From Selaginella moellendorffii (Eukaryota; Plantae; Lycopodiophyta), in NCBI RefSeq assembly GCF_000143415.4, contig NW_003314298.1, forward strand, positions 727,014-791,013: a DNA stretch of 64,000 nt, written 5' to 3'. Positions 23,804 to 36,714 of this stretch are shown here, piece by piece. Each line of letters opens with the position of its first letter. The stretch's first letter is position 1. A program made the position numbers and the translations under genes. Below the pieces are notes generated by a model that worked only from the letters and a program-made list of their open reading frames with translations, ran no database searches and had not been told where the DNA came from.

Positions 23804-26800
23804 GAGATGAGGTGATGAGCACTTGTATGAGGAGTTTACCTGGGGAAAGATAGGCATCCTTTGTCATCCGGGCGAAGCATTTGTACTTTTATCTTGAATA
23901 GATTTCCTAGACTGACAAAACATTTGAGCAAGGAATTTTTTCTGCTTACCCAAAAATGTGATGGTACCCGAAAAGACCACGAAACGCACAAAGGCTCGCA
24001 TTCGTGGCATGCGTTCAGCTTGTTGCTCTTAGAGATAAAGTTTGGGATTTAGATTTCGACTCATCTAGAGAATAAAACACAGATACGACCACTTCAAGTT
24101 CATTCATGCACAAGTTCAAATGAGCCAAAGATCGTGATCGACTAAAATTCTTTTCGTGATTGGATCCATTGCAAAAGGAAACAAGTTTGTCAACTTTCGA
24201 GAGAAAAAACCAGCACTGGATAATCCCTAGACAAAAGAATAAAGCAAAGGTATGAGAAACAAAGCCGAGGGAGTACCATCCTCTGCGACAGATAGATTGG
24301 ACTTTATCACCTGTGACGTTCCTCCAGTTAGATAGAAGATAAAACTCAAAGAATTTCTGAATAACTCTGCGGAGCCTGTGAGGGCCATCTTGATTGTAAA
24401 TCTTAGCTCCCATGTATCGCAAGCGGCCTCTTTGACATCTGGATGTGGCAAAACCTGTGTCAAATATTCAAAGATCCAAGAAAAAATGAGAGAGAAGAAC
24501 TTACTGCATCCACCAAGTCCCGTGCTCTTCTTCGGGAGCACAGGTGCTTTACATTGTGCCTGCTCTGGAAAAAATAACAAACTGCTTGCCACATCCTCCA
24601 GCGCAGGCCCTTGAAAATCAAGCTGTGATTGGTGGGCGCCCTGGGGTTTCCTTAGCAATTATGAGATTGAGCTTTTTTCTTTTTGAAGGTTTCGGTTCCT
24701 CCGGCCTCGTGAGCTTCACTTTGCCAAGCTCGCATTCGATAGATGAATCAAAATCAGCTCTTGCTGGAGCGCCAAGGTGCAGCGCCAGAGATGAAAAACT
24801 TTCGACACTTGCCATTCCTTCCTCGCTCTCGTGAGCCTTGGTCTGTCGCAAAGCCTTAGGGGCTTTCAAAACAATAGCACGCCCCCGGTGTGGAGTGTCC
24901 TTACGCCCCGGCCGGAGGTGGCCACCGCTACCGGGGCCTCTGCCCGCTGATAGAGCACGCGCCCGCACGCCGCGAAGGCTCGTGGCGTCAGGATGTGACC
25001 AACAGCGCCGACCGCCCGGAAAGCAATGGCTGTCCAATCTTGGCGTCGGGAACTTTCACGAACAGATCTCCGAGAGGGTTGAAGCTTTTCAAAGTCGCGA
25101 AACTATGTTTGTCTTCTCAAAGCATTTCCTTCTCTATCGCAGTGATATGTTGCGACTGGGAACAGTTTGGTCCTTCGAGAAAAACGAAGGATCAAGCCAA
25201 GGACAATTATTCTTTCTAGATTGCATTTGCTTTTTCACTTGGAAAGCTGTCTACATGCACCATCTCCGAGCCAGAGACAATTATTCTCCTGAATGTCGTT
25301 TGCTTAACCAAAAACTTCCAAACTAGAATGGATTTAAATTCTTGAAAATCATGCCGAAATCAAACATGGCATAATCCTAGCACAAACCCAAATATTTTTT
25401 GAAACCCACTACAAACCCTTTGAATATCATTTCTTCTCCATGTTTTTGTTTGGTAGTTGTACAAAGCCAAAAAATCTGGATGTGCAATCAGAAGTATGTT
25501 GTTATAAGCCATACATACAGGTTCCACAATATTGTTCCATTGATGAGTAGTTTCTTCAACAAAACCTGTAGAATCCAGCTTCAATAAGTAACATGTAAAC
25601 TTGGTTGAAGTTGTCACAAATAAAGATTTTGCTGTTACTACAAGGGTATCAAAGTAAAAATATTCATCTGTCATACGATAGCCACGATGGTCCTGTGCCC
25701 GTGTTGTCACAAGATTAGATAAGTTGCTATCACATAAATTGAGGCGCCACACCTCAACATCCCCTGAAAATCCTATGCAATATATATATAACTTGTTATC
25801 CTTGATAATTGTATCGAATAATGTTTCACTAGGCACCAAAACTTTGTTCCACAATCCTGTTTTTCCTGAATCATATATATAAATCATGACTCCCTGCTCC
25901 ATGTCCCTAAGTACACAGGCCCAATAACGCTCTCCAGATAAGTCTATCCCCATTGCAGTCTCTTTAGAACATAGTTCACCATCCAAATAAAGTGGTGGGA
26001 GCATCTTAGATGCTCCAGTGAGAGGATTCCAGACCACAAAATCTTTTCCTCTCATCCCAAGTATCAAACCACCGCTAGAGTTCAAAACACGATCCATGTT
26101 ATGCTCCATGAGAACCCAATCACTTGCTTCTTGCCCCGCAAAGGGATTGCATCTGAAAAGAGGCCCTTCACTATCCAGATCTTGACCCAAAACATGAGGA
26201 GGACTACGATTCAAGTGTTGTGTGTAGTGAAGAGCAGCAAATCCCGGTGTCTCTATGAGATCCTTCCATTTCTTGCACACGGCTCTCGCGCGCCACAAAG
26301 CAACTGCTGGCAAGCGCTTGAGCACCTCCTCAACTGGGATCCAATCCATGACTACCCTTACCTTGACCTAGCCTAAACGGCGATAGGGTTTGACCTTTCT
26401 TGCTTTAAAACAAGGGAAAAGGGGAGAGAACCCAGGAAAGGGTGCATTAGAATGCTGAAAACAACGACCGCGTCTGGATCACGAGCTCGCAAAGAAGGCC
26501 TTGCAGAGTTATATCCTGTGGTCACGGCCATCTTTGAGAGCCACGGTCTTGGACTTATCTTGGTAGACGGGTGTTTTCTTTTATTCAAGGTACGTTCTCC
26601 AGTGGCGATTGAACCAGAAGAAAGCGCTGTTCTCGGGACTTCCTGTAGGCACTGGAAAGCAAACTTACACTCCGATGAACTTTAGACTCGCTCGTGTCCT
26701 TCGTCCATGATCCAGGAAGATAAACTTGTCGGTGTTGGAGCTTCTTTTCCCAGCTGTAAACGTCACACTTCTCGGTAATGGAAGTGTCAAGTAGCCGATA

Positions 26801-29517
26801 GCTCTCTAGACCGGTTTTAGCTGACACGATCCTGTGCGCTTGGAAACGAATGAAGCTTCAAGTTGAGGTGAATCTCCATGCATTCTCGTGCAAGTAAGCC
26901 ATTCCCATCAACTCCAAGACGTTTTCCGCGTAGATCCATCTGTCAACCGTTTCCCATATGCTCGTAGATACCATCCTTAATCACAAAAACCGAGCAATGA
27001 AAGTTTGCGAAACCAAAAAATTACCAAACAGAGCAGTATTCCAGTTAAGGCAACACTCCACACTTCTCACAAAGAGGCAGTAGCAACACTAGTTAGTAGC
27101 GTCAAAACAAGTAGCTGGATGAATCGAGCCCGTTACCTACGTCTTTGGCGAGCATCATCACAGATTGTGGAATCCTCGTGCTTTGCTGTTCTAATTTTTT
27201 TCGAAGCGTTCCTTCCTTTCTTTGCTTTGTAAAGGTTTTGGATGAGATGTAGCAGTTGCAAGGGAATTCTGTTCATGAGAAAGATTGTACCACAACCTGT
27301 TCTTCCTTCTCCAGAAAATGAAGCTCCTGAATACCTTTGCCATCCGATCCCAGTAACCTCGAGAATCGGCAATGAAGACTCGAGTAGTAAACACTTCGTG
27401 AAGATGTGAGATTGTTTCAAGAAAACCTGAGTGTTCAGATGTTGCATGCGTTTTCGCATGTCGGGTTCTCCAGCGACTTCTGTTGTATCTTCCAAAATGC
27501 TTTGCTCGGATGGAGCCGCGCCTGATGTCAAAAAAGAAAGTAACGAAACCTCTTACAATATCTGCTAGCTTTTCCACAATTGCCTGGAGTGTCCTTTTTT
27601 CGCGATGCAACCGTCACTTCGTTAAGCCGCATCTTGCACCGTCAATAGGAAGGCATTGCTTTCATCTGCATCAATAGCTTTGGACGCAATGTAGTGTTGA
27701 GAACAACTCCGAGTTGTTGAAGTTTTCATAGTCATTAGGATCGAGCCAGCGAATACGCGACTGCGATCTAAACTACTTACCTGATTAGTTAGGCACACTA
27801 TATAGTGTCAGAGACCTTTGCCTTGCTAGCTTCTACAAAGTGACCTTTGGTACCATCACTTTGGCACCAGGACATCTGTGTAGTGCGTCTCCAATGCTGT
27901 TAAGACGGCATAAGCCACCGCCTATATGTTAGAAAAACATTGAGAATCGATAATAATCTGGTCACCCTTACATTCACTAGAACAAATGTGTACCCTGGCC
28001 AGGAGCTGATAATCACGTCATCCTCGCCAAATGTTTCTGTCATTCTGTCATAACCTCTTCCACAAAAGGCGCAGTACTGTGTCCTGGAGGAATTTGTCAG
28101 ATAAGCAGAAGTGCTTAACTTGCAAACTTCCAATAATTTTCTTCGACGTGAAAAAGGCTTTACCTCCGCAATATTCCTTAAATACAAAAGTCCTGCTTCT
28201 TACTTTACGACAAGGGGAGCCGATTGCAAACCTTCACATTATAGATGCTAGCGAGCTGCAAACAACAGCTTGAGGCTGCTACAACGGAAGTTCAGAGTAG
28301 AGTACCTCGGAAGTACATGTTGGTTGTGGATTTCCACGTCTGTAGGAATCTCTGAGATTTTTCATTTAAAGGCATGCGTTGATCCACCAAAAACCCGTCA
28401 CTTGTAGTCGCAACAAAGCCATCAGTTTCCGCCATGAGTCGCTTGCATCTTTTCCTCGCAGGAGTCTAATCAGAAGCCACGTGAGAGAAAGAAAATCATC
28501 TTGAACGACATACTCTCGACAGGCACAAGCAGCGGTTCGGAATTACTTCCAGGCAAGAACTTCGGTGCAGTGACACCAGATGGCGGCTGAAAGAAATAAC
28601 AGGGAGGCGATGCCTCGTCAAGATAATTCTCAAAAACAAAAGCCAGAAGCTGGGAAAGTTGCTCTTCAACACCTGCAAAAATCCGTTTCTAGCGAGCCAT
28701 AATCTTAAGTACTCATTTCTGTTGCGGCTTACCTCCTGTCGTTTAGGCTCACTCTCATCCCTGGCAGTGATTATAAGAATCAACAGCTCATAATCAATGG
28801 TAGGCAATCTTCCCAAATGCAAGGTACCTGAAAGACTCCATTGTGAAATCGAAAGCGTACCGAGTTTGGTATAAATGACTGAAACACCGTAATACAGTAA
28901 ACTCCATTGCCAGGACCCATACAATGGTAGTCTTCGCCGTCCAAAATGGTGCACTTTCGTACCAACCTCCAAAACGCGACAGTCTCCCCCACTGAAAGAG
29001 ATAAACGCAAATATGAAAGGTGAAGAAAAACAGCAAAATTTAGTAACCTTTCTCAGGGCAAGTTCCCATGATGTACTGATAAACAGCTGCAATTTTCCAA
29101 CGCATTCATCATCGTGCTCCCTATAGATTGGCCACCATCGCACACGGTCGCTCTGAAACATTCACGGGTACCTGGTGCACAGAAAAAAGCGAAAGTTTAA
29201 AAAGAAATTCCATAGAAAGCAAAGGACCTGTTCCACAGCACACTTTGGATCCAACGTGCGAAGTGCAGTATATTCGTCCATATATTTCTAGATGATCAGA
29301 ATTCATACTTGACATAAAACTGAAAAGCATATTAGTTACTCACCCGTGACAACGCGATACCCTTTACTCCCCTGGAAGCCTGAAGAAAGCCTCGTCAAGC
29401 TGTTTGGTGAAGTTCTGCCTGGCTTTGTCACTCTTCGCCTCGTGTGGAGCTTCTGTAGAAACACCAGTCGGTTTTGAAGTATATCATCCCATGCTTCGAC
29501 ATCATCTTCTCAGTTGA
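23804..29517. repeat. Segmental duplication, copy B (direct repeat of 13736-18909)
   Basis: Colinear identity with copy A, plus extra blocks such as ~24800-25010 and ~27670-27760. Confidence 0.95.
25360..26349 (-). CDS. Intronless F-box protein (329 aa), paralog of 14878-15861
   Basis: Identical F-box N-terminus and an intact ORF with an in-frame 6-nt indel relative to the paralog. Confidence 0.88.
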   Translation of the reverse strand: MDWIPVEEVLKRLPAVALWRARAVCKKWKDLIETPGFAALHYTQHLNRSPPHVLGQDLDSEGPLFRCNPFAGQEASDWVLMEHNMDRVLNSSGGLILGMRGKDFVVWNPLTGASKMLPPLYLDGELCSKETAMGIDLSGERYWACVLRDMEQGVMIYIYDSGKTGLWNKVLVPSETLFDTIIKDNKLYIYCIGFSGDVEVWRLNLCDSNLSNLVTTRAQDHRGYRMTDEYFYFDTLVVTAKSLFVTTSTKFTCYLLKLDSTGFVEETTHQWNNIVEPVCMAYNNILLIAHPDFLALYNYQTKTWRRNDIQRVCSGFQKIFGFVLGLCHV

Positions 29518-29569
29518 AGAACAAAAATGCTCCAAGTTTTTTCCAATTTTTACATCCTGGTGAGGTCAT

Positions 29570-30928
29570 GATCTGAGCCAGAGTTCCTTCAGCATCTTCG
29601 TGAGCAGGTGACGCAGAAAGTAGCGGATTTGATGGCCAACTTCCCAGCATCTACTGTGGAGTGTGATATGTGCTACCTTTCTCAAGAATGAGAGAAGTGA
29701 TTGATCGTTTTTGTAATATAGAAATTCGTTTTTGTAAGTTTCTCTAGGCACTGGACGACAGGCGGATGAAGATCACACGTCCAGGGAACATTTTCTATCT
29801 GTTATGAAAGAGACGACGGGGATCTGTCCATGATCTCATGGCCGATTTCATGTGAGTGTTTTTCTGAGTTCTTATCAACATCAATGTTTCCAGCAAAGTA
29901 TCGCTGCGATAGAGAAGGAAAATATTTTCAGGAGAGGTTTTGCGACTTTGAAAAGCTCGAACTGGGAGGAACATTGAAGCAGCCACGCGACGAAAATGCA
30001 GGTGAAGCTATTTTCTTCTCGATCAATTCGCTTTCTAGTTCTCGAATGATTCGATCGACTTCGTTCTTGACAAAGGAGCACTGGATGCTGTGCATGGACA
30101 GGCGGATGAAGGTCACACGTCCGGGAAACGTGTTCTATCAGAGGTGCGCTTTCTTTTCCTTTCCATTTCGTTCTTCGTTCTTTTCTCGAGAGTGACAGTT
30201 TTTTTGAACAGGTCAAAAGAGTGTTAAGGCTTTTGGGAAAGTATGATTGCATCACCCAGATACTTGGCTCATGTATGCTACAGAGGGTGCGGGCCACAGA
30301 GCTCCAAGTCAAGGTGAACAAGCTCGCAAATTCTCCTCCCGTATGAGATTTCTTCGTGGGGATCGGATCGAGTTTATCCAAGCATGTGTTGGTAATTTGT
30401 ATTTCTAGATTTTTAAGCGTGCGTTGTTGCTTTCAAGGGCGAACCGAAAAATCTCAAGGAGAAGGACATGTAAGTCTGGTGGTAGTAAAGGTTTTGAAGG
30501 TTTTCACATGTCTTTCAATACCATAGGATTTTGGCACTGGTAACATGGACACTCAAGGCGTTTGTACCACGTCAAGGAATCCCGCGGATCGCTTAGAAAT
30601 GTACAAGATGGTACCGATTGAGCTATAGTGCTCTATGAGAAGGCTATCAGCGGTATGCTGGCCCTGTGCTCTAAAATGCCTTTTGCTTGTATGCAAAGAC
30701 TCCACAAGGGGACCAACAACTGGCGTGGTTGGGAGATTCCACCGAAAGGAACGTCCTTCCAGCGATTTGGCACACAAGTCGCGGCATCTGTAGACGAGAA
30801 TGATCCTACTTGGCCAAAGATTACAAGGCTGTGGAACTGGAGGCTGGTCGAACATTTCAATGTACAGCACATTCCGTAATATCTGCTTGCTAAAATGTTT
30901 TAGAAGGTTTTTGGAGCAAATGGCATCT
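29570..30928. repeat. Right arm of the inverted repeat (partner 18921-20382)
   Basis: Reverse-complement identity with the left arm. Contains METTL13 exon 2/3-like sequence on the + strand (30040-30260). Confidence 0.9.
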
Positions 30929-31524
30929 AGGCCAAGGGTCCTTAATAACTCAATCAATGGCTTGGATTTAGGTTCCCTGGTGTATATATATATTTTAGAG
31001 CAACAGTTAGCATAGGAATTCTTTGAGAGAGTTTACTTCACTCTATTTGTTTAGGTACTAATATGTTCTTCTACATGAAGAAGGGAGGACATTATCCTTG
31101 TAGTGAATACAACATTCTGATGGTCATGAAATTCTGCTTTTTTTATTATCTCTCTCATTTATCATTGCTTTTTTTAAGGGCAGGAACTATAAGTCTTCTA
31201 TGAACCGCTTTGGAACTTGCCCTTGTGGCTGGACAACTGGAAGTTTTTGTACAAGCTGACAAATGCAGTTGGTGGGGGTCTTCAGAAGAAGGAAAGACAC
31301 TATTCTGACAGTGAATGCAATGTTCTAATGGTGGTGTTTTTTAAGATCTAAGCTTGCAACCAAAGCTTGGAAGTACACTAATGTGTTAGCAGCGGAGAGA
31401 CGCGCACGAGGAGGGCTTTCTGTGTATTCAACTGTATATGGATGGTACATATACATGGAACTACTGCCAGGTGGGCATAACTACATGCCACATCATCTTT
31501 ACCTCTAACACTCCCACTCACCAT

Positions 31525-33290
31525 CAAGCGGCTTCACCACTCGCAAGGTTTCCTGTTACCAACAACAGTGCTATCGGCTTCGAGAATGGGGACGTTACAG
31601 GAGGGGCTATAGAGAGAGGATCTCTTCCGGGAAGCGTAGCACAGCAGGGGCCGGAGCGGGAGTTCCAATGCTAAGCGGAGCCGCGGACGAAGCCAGTCTC
31701 CTAGCTCATGGGTGATTCCCTAATGACTATGGAGTCGCCAACGATGGTGGCTAGGCGAGATCATTCGATCGATTGTGTTTGCTTGTCGGTGATTTCTAGC
31801 TAGCAGCAGGGACGCTAACGCAATGGCTGATTTCCAAGCAAAGAGCGGGCCAAAAGTTCGATTTTGCAACAGCTAATACAAGGCTGGGCTAGGGCTGTTG
31901 AGAGCGAGAGAATGATGGCTGTTGCGCTCGTGGTGGATGCTTTACGAATTCATCTCCAAAAGTTTTGCGGTGTGAGATGAGCAATAGCATTTCTTTTGAG
32001 AGATTTTGCTTCACTCTCTTTCTTAGTAAGTACCAATGTGTTTGGTCTCCAATAGAATGTAGGACACTATTGTCGCAGTGAATGCAACAGGCGCTCTTGG
32101 ACGCATGAAATGAAGTTCTTCACTTGCAGCTAGAGCTCTCTTGGATCGTTACCCTTTTTGCTGGTCTTCTCGTCTCTCTCATTTTTTCATTGCTTTTACT
32201 ACAAATCAATGCTGAGGATGATGACTACATCCGAAAGCGGAAGAGAGCTTCATCCGAGTTTGCAAGCGGTAAAATTTGCCGGCCTCAATCCAACGGGCAT
32301 TGAAGATCTCCTTCGTGGCAGGTGGAGTATAGTTACAGATCATATTGCTAGGACGGGCAAGATTGAGATTTGTTTCTTTTGAAGGTTTTGTTTCCTCGGG
32401 CCTCAACTTTTGCTACAGGACGTTCTGATGTTTGAAGTCAACGTTTGAGATGAGTGTGGTCCATGTTACCAGGCATGAGTATTTGGCACCTGGTAGATAG
32501 CTACTTGCCAACCATGTCGAAACGTTGGTAATAGGAGTCCTGTTATAAAACAGAAGAAGGTACGTGATCTTTGATAAAAGGAACACCAGTAAGTGATGCA
32601 AGCATACTTAAACCTTAAAAAGAAGAACGAAAGAGAAACTAAAAAGGAAAGGAAAAGCACCTCCCGGGTCATCCGCATGTCCAAGAATAGCATCCAGTGC
32701 TCCTATTTAAAGAACGAAGTCGAATGAATCGCTAGAACAAAGAAAAGCGAGTAAAACACATTGTTCTCAGCTCGATCGAGAAAAGAGATTCAAGAAAAAT
32801 ATGCATTTCCGGGAAACATTGGTGTTGGACGTTCATAACTCAGAAAAACACTCACGTGGAAATCAGCAAGGACAGATTGCTGTCGTCTCTTTGGCAGCGA
32901 ATAACGACTTCATCTCTGCCAAACAATCGGTGGTTACAACTGAGGGAAAGGCGAAGCACCTCTGATAGAGACGTGTGATCTTCACCCGCCTGTCCACGCA
33001 CCGCAGTGCCTTGTCCATTCAAGTAAAAGAGTAAACTATCAGAAAAAGAAATTTACCAAGACAGAAGGGTGCCTAGCGGCTAAGAAACATAGAATAAAAC
33101 TAAGTTATAATCTCTTCTCCTCATGAGAAAGGAAGGACATATCATACTCGACAGTAATCAGCCATGAAAGCAGCCACTTCTGCTCTTGGAAAAATGAGAA
33201 GATGCCAAAGGAAGCTTCCTAAAATGATAACACAAATCTTGACACCACCAACCTTCGTCAGTTTGTACGGAAACCTTAGTGACACCTTAA
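31525..33290. pseudogene. Older mosaic of fragments: inverted DEAD-box 3' end, unknown gene pieces and METTL13 fragments
   Basis: 31525-31850 reads [19 protein letters not shown] (the helicase C-terminus) on the + strand. 32480-33010 resembles 7000-7590, and 33010-33280 resembles 20090-20490. Confidence 0.75.
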
Positions 33291-33317
33291 ACCTAAGGAA
33301 AAAAGGTTTATGAGGTT

Positions 33318-34185
33318 GTGAGGACGGTAATTGAGGAGGTGCTCAAGCGCTTGCCAGCAGCTGTTTTATATTCCCGAATGAGAGGCGTGTGCAAGCAATG
33401 GAAGGATCTCATAGAGACACCCGGATTCGCAGCTCTTCACTACACACACCACTTGAATCGTAGTCCACCTCATGTTTTGGGTCTAGAGTTTCATCTTTAC
33501 AGATGCAATCCTTTCGCAGGACAAGAAGCAAGGGCTTGGGTTGCCATGGAACATAACATGGATCATGTTCTAAACTCTAGCGGTGGGTTGTTGCTTGGGA
33601 TGAAAGCAGAGGATTTTATGGTCTGGAATCCGCTCACTGGAGCATCCAAGATTCTCCCCCCACTTCGTTTAGAAAGTAAACCATGTTCGAAGGAGACTGC
33701 AATGCGGATGAACTCATCTGGAAAGTATTATTGGATCTGTATATTAGTGCCAGAAAAGCAGTCAATCTACGCATATGATTCAGGAAAAACAAGACTGTGG
33801 AACAAGGTTGATCTTGACAAAAAATATGTTTTGAATACAATTATCAATGCTAATTGGGATAACAATCATGGTAACAGCAAATTCCTTCTTTATGACAATT
33901 GCAACCAGCTCTACATGTTATTTATTGAGGCTGGATTCTAAAGGTTTAGTCCAAGAAGCTAGTCACTCATGGCGTACTTATCCATGGCTCTATGTTGAAG
34001 AACCTTCTTGTCTGCTTTATGACAACATATTTTTGATTGTGCATTCAGAATTTTTAGCCGTTTACAACTGCCAAACAAAGACTTGGAGAACTAATAACAT
34101 TAGGAAGGATGGGGATGGGTGGTTTGAAAATGTTTTGGGATTCGTGAATATTTTTAATAATTGTAGAAAACTTAAGAAAATATAA
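33318..34185 (+). pseudogene. Third F-box paralog (no in-frame ATG, internal deletion and frameshift at ~33845)
   Basis: IEEVLKRLPAA..MRGVCKQWKDLIETPGFAALHYTHHLNRSPPHVLG. The C-terminal part is in another frame (33847-34185). Confidence 0.78.
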
Positions 34186-34339
34186 GGTATATTCCAAGGA
34201 TTTTCGTTAATCTGCTTAATTTTAAACCAAACCAAACGAATATTTCCTTCTGTGCCAGAGCATTCGATCATGCCTAGTCCTTGGAAAACCTTGGCTTGGG
34301 CTCCTCCAAAAAGTAGAGCGCGTGATTGATTGAGTTATT

Positions 34340-34740
34340 TTATTTCCAGAGCAGGAGAATGCATGAGAGTCGCGTGGAAGGATCTCATACCTCATGTTTT
34401 GGGTGTAGATTTTCATGACAGGATGCAATCCTTTCACAGGACAAGGATTGGTTTGCCATGGTCTGGAATCCTGCCTAAGATTCTTCCATCACTTTGTTTG
34501 AAAAGCGAACCATGTTATAAGGTGTCTGGAAAGGGGGGGTCTGTGTACTAGTGATGGCACCAATACATGTAAATGATTCAGGAAAAACAGGATTGTGGAC
34601 CAAGGTTGTGACTTTGTTTCATTGTCATAACTATACTAGCTATGATTCCCTTGTGGTTACAATCTTTGTGATTGAGGTGTGGATATCTCCGGTATTGGGC
34701 TTCAAAACAAAGACATTGGAGAGCTAATGACATTGTGAAT
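34340..34740 (+). pseudogene. Fourth, strongly eroded F-box paralog remnant
   Basis: WKDLI/PHVLG plus the nucleotide blocks atggtctggaatcc, gattcaggaaaaacaggattgtgg and caaaacaaagacattggaga, in the same order as in the intact paralogs. Confidence 0.65.
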
Positions 34741-35151
34741 ATATTTGCTAGAAATATTTAGTCAAGTTTGATAATATTTACTGAATCAGCAAATTATCTC
34801 TGTGTTTAATTTTACTTTTTTCCTAGTTGAAAAATCACAGTAAGCTTTCTGAATCCAAGCTTCACTTTTGACCAGGAGATCTCTACGAGAGAACACCTCT
34901 TGCCACAGATCCTGACTTCCCTCTTCAGAATTCCTTAGCCAAATCCAAAAGAAATTATTTGGTCAGCAGAATGGAAGTGTAAGATTTTCGTGTTGATCAT
35001 CTAAGGAAAATCGATGGAACTCTCTCTCTCTCTCGATAGAAAAGACTAGCCCCTCCTCCCTGCCTGCCTATCTATACTGCTAATTCTTTGAAATGAAAAT
35101 ACCAGAATGAATAGAACGTACTTTTAGCGTCGCTTGACATCATCATCCCGA

Positions 35152-36714
35152 TCACGCCTTGTTGCTCTCGCTCTCGCTCTCGTTCTCGTCGAAGCTCTCG
35201 TCGGCCGCCTTCTCTTCTTCCTTCTCCACTTCTTCTTTCTCCACTGCCTTGCTCACCCCCTTTCCGGAGCACATCGCCAGATTGGTACAAGTCTCCGCGT
35301 CGGGGCTCACTCCGGCCTCCACCATGATATCAAACACCTTCCTTGCATCCTCCACCCTCTGTGCCTCGCAAAGCTTCGCCACCAGCACCTTAAACTCCAA
35401 GTTATACTTGATTTGGTGCTTCCTCATGAGCTCCGCCACCTCCACCGCTCGGTCCAGCTCCCCAGCCTCGCACAGCAAGCTCACGATCTTCAAGTCGGTC
35501 GGCTCCGTCGCCCGGATCAGCTGCTCGAAGATTCTCATCGCGTCGTCGTACCGCTTGTTCTCCACTAGCTTGTGGACGAAAGTCTTGAGCGGGGCACAGC
35601 GAGTCTTCACGTCCAGCACCGAGAACATCTTGTCCGCGACTTTGAGAGCGTCGTCCAGGCGGTCCCTGGAGTGGAGAGCGTGAATGAGCACCTGGAACGT
35701 CCCTTCGTGATGCACAACTCCCTTGTCCAAGCTCTCCATGAGCTCCGCCACCGCTTCGTCCATCTTGTCCGCCCGGCACAGCCCGTTAATCAGCTGGTTG
35801 TATCCTCCGGCGTCGAGCAGCCACCCTCGAGCGGTGTGCTCGCGCTGGAGCTCCAGCATCCCGTCCACTCCATCTCGGTCCCAGCGCATGAGGAGCAGCC
35901 GGTTGAGAGCCGAGCCGTGTGGAGTGAATCCACGCTCGGTCATCTCGGCCAGGACCTCGTCAGCTTTCTCGTTGTTCTTGGAGTTGATGTAGCCGATGTA
36001 AGTCGCCGAGTAGGCCATCCTCTGGACCTCAGGGAGGTCACTGAGCTCGTTGGCAATGAACGCTCGAGCTTCCTCCAGCTTCTCGCCGTTCCGAAGAACC
36101 GTGACGAACCGATGGACGGCCTTGCTCTCGGCGCAAAACTCCGGGCGGGTTGTGGCCCAGCGGAAGAGCGGCAGAGCAAACTCGGCGGAGGATCCAGCCA
36201 TGGCGCGCTCCAGCGCCGCCACCGAGAAGGGCCCCTCGTACTCGGCCAGCTTCTTCTTGAGCACCTCCACGTCGCCACTGGATTTGGATATGATGCTCTT
36301 GAGCGTCTTGAGCGTCTTGAGCATCGGCGGGGAATCACCACTCTTCTTTGCTGGGGCAGCAGCGTCATCGCTCTTCACGGGCTCACTAGCCTTCTTCTTT
36401 TTCTCCCCCTCGATCTTCTTCTTCTCTTCATTCTTGCTTGGGCTCTTCGCCTCCTCGCTTTTGGGCGACTCCTCCTCGACCTTCTCGGCCTTCTTCCGCG
36501 GCGCCCTCTTCTTCTTGGGCTTGGCCTCCTCGATCGAAGCAGCAGCAGCAGCAGCGGCGGCAGATCCCTCTTCCTCGCTCACGCCCGCCGCCGCTTCCTC
36601 CACCGCTGCAGCATTCTGGGCTGCCGCTGCGTACCTAGCGCTCGCGCCGTAGCTCGAGATTCTCCGGATCACACCGCTGCTGAATGCGCACAATCCGCGC
36701 CTGGGAGCCAACAT
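35152..36714 (-). CDS. P-type pentatricopeptide repeat protein (520 aa) with a predicted organelle transit peptide
   Basis: Intronless ORF with PPR motifs such as YNQLINGLCRADKMDEAVAELMESLDKGVV, TFQVLIHALHSRDRLDDALKV and RVEDARKVFDIMVEAGVSPDAETC. R/S-rich N-terminus and an upstream telo-box. Confidence 0.9.
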   Translation of the reverse strand: MLAPRRGLCAFSSGVIRRISSYGASARYAAAAQNAAAVEEAAAGVSEEEGSAAAAAAAASIEEAKPKKKRAPRKKAEKVEEESPKSEEAKSPSKNEEKKKIEGEKKKKASEPVKSDDAAAPAKKSGDSPPMLKTLKTLKSIISKSSGDVEVLKKKLAEYEGPFSVAALERAMAGSSAEFALPLFRWATTRPEFCAESKAVHRFVTVLRNGEKLEEARAFIANELSDLPEVQRMAYSATYIGYINSKNNEKADEVLAEMTERGFTPHGSALNRLLLMRWDRDGVDGMLELQREHTARGWLLDAGGYNQLINGLCRADKMDEAVAELMESLDKGVVHHEGTFQVLIHALHSRDRLDDALKVADKMFSVLDVKTRCAPLKTFVHKLVENKRYDDAMRIFEQLIRATEPTDLKIVSLLCEAGELDRAVEVAELMRKHQIKYNLEFKVLVAKLCEAQRVEDARKVFDIMVEAGVSPDAETCTNLAMCSGKGVSKAVEKEEVEKEEEKAADESFDENESESESNKA

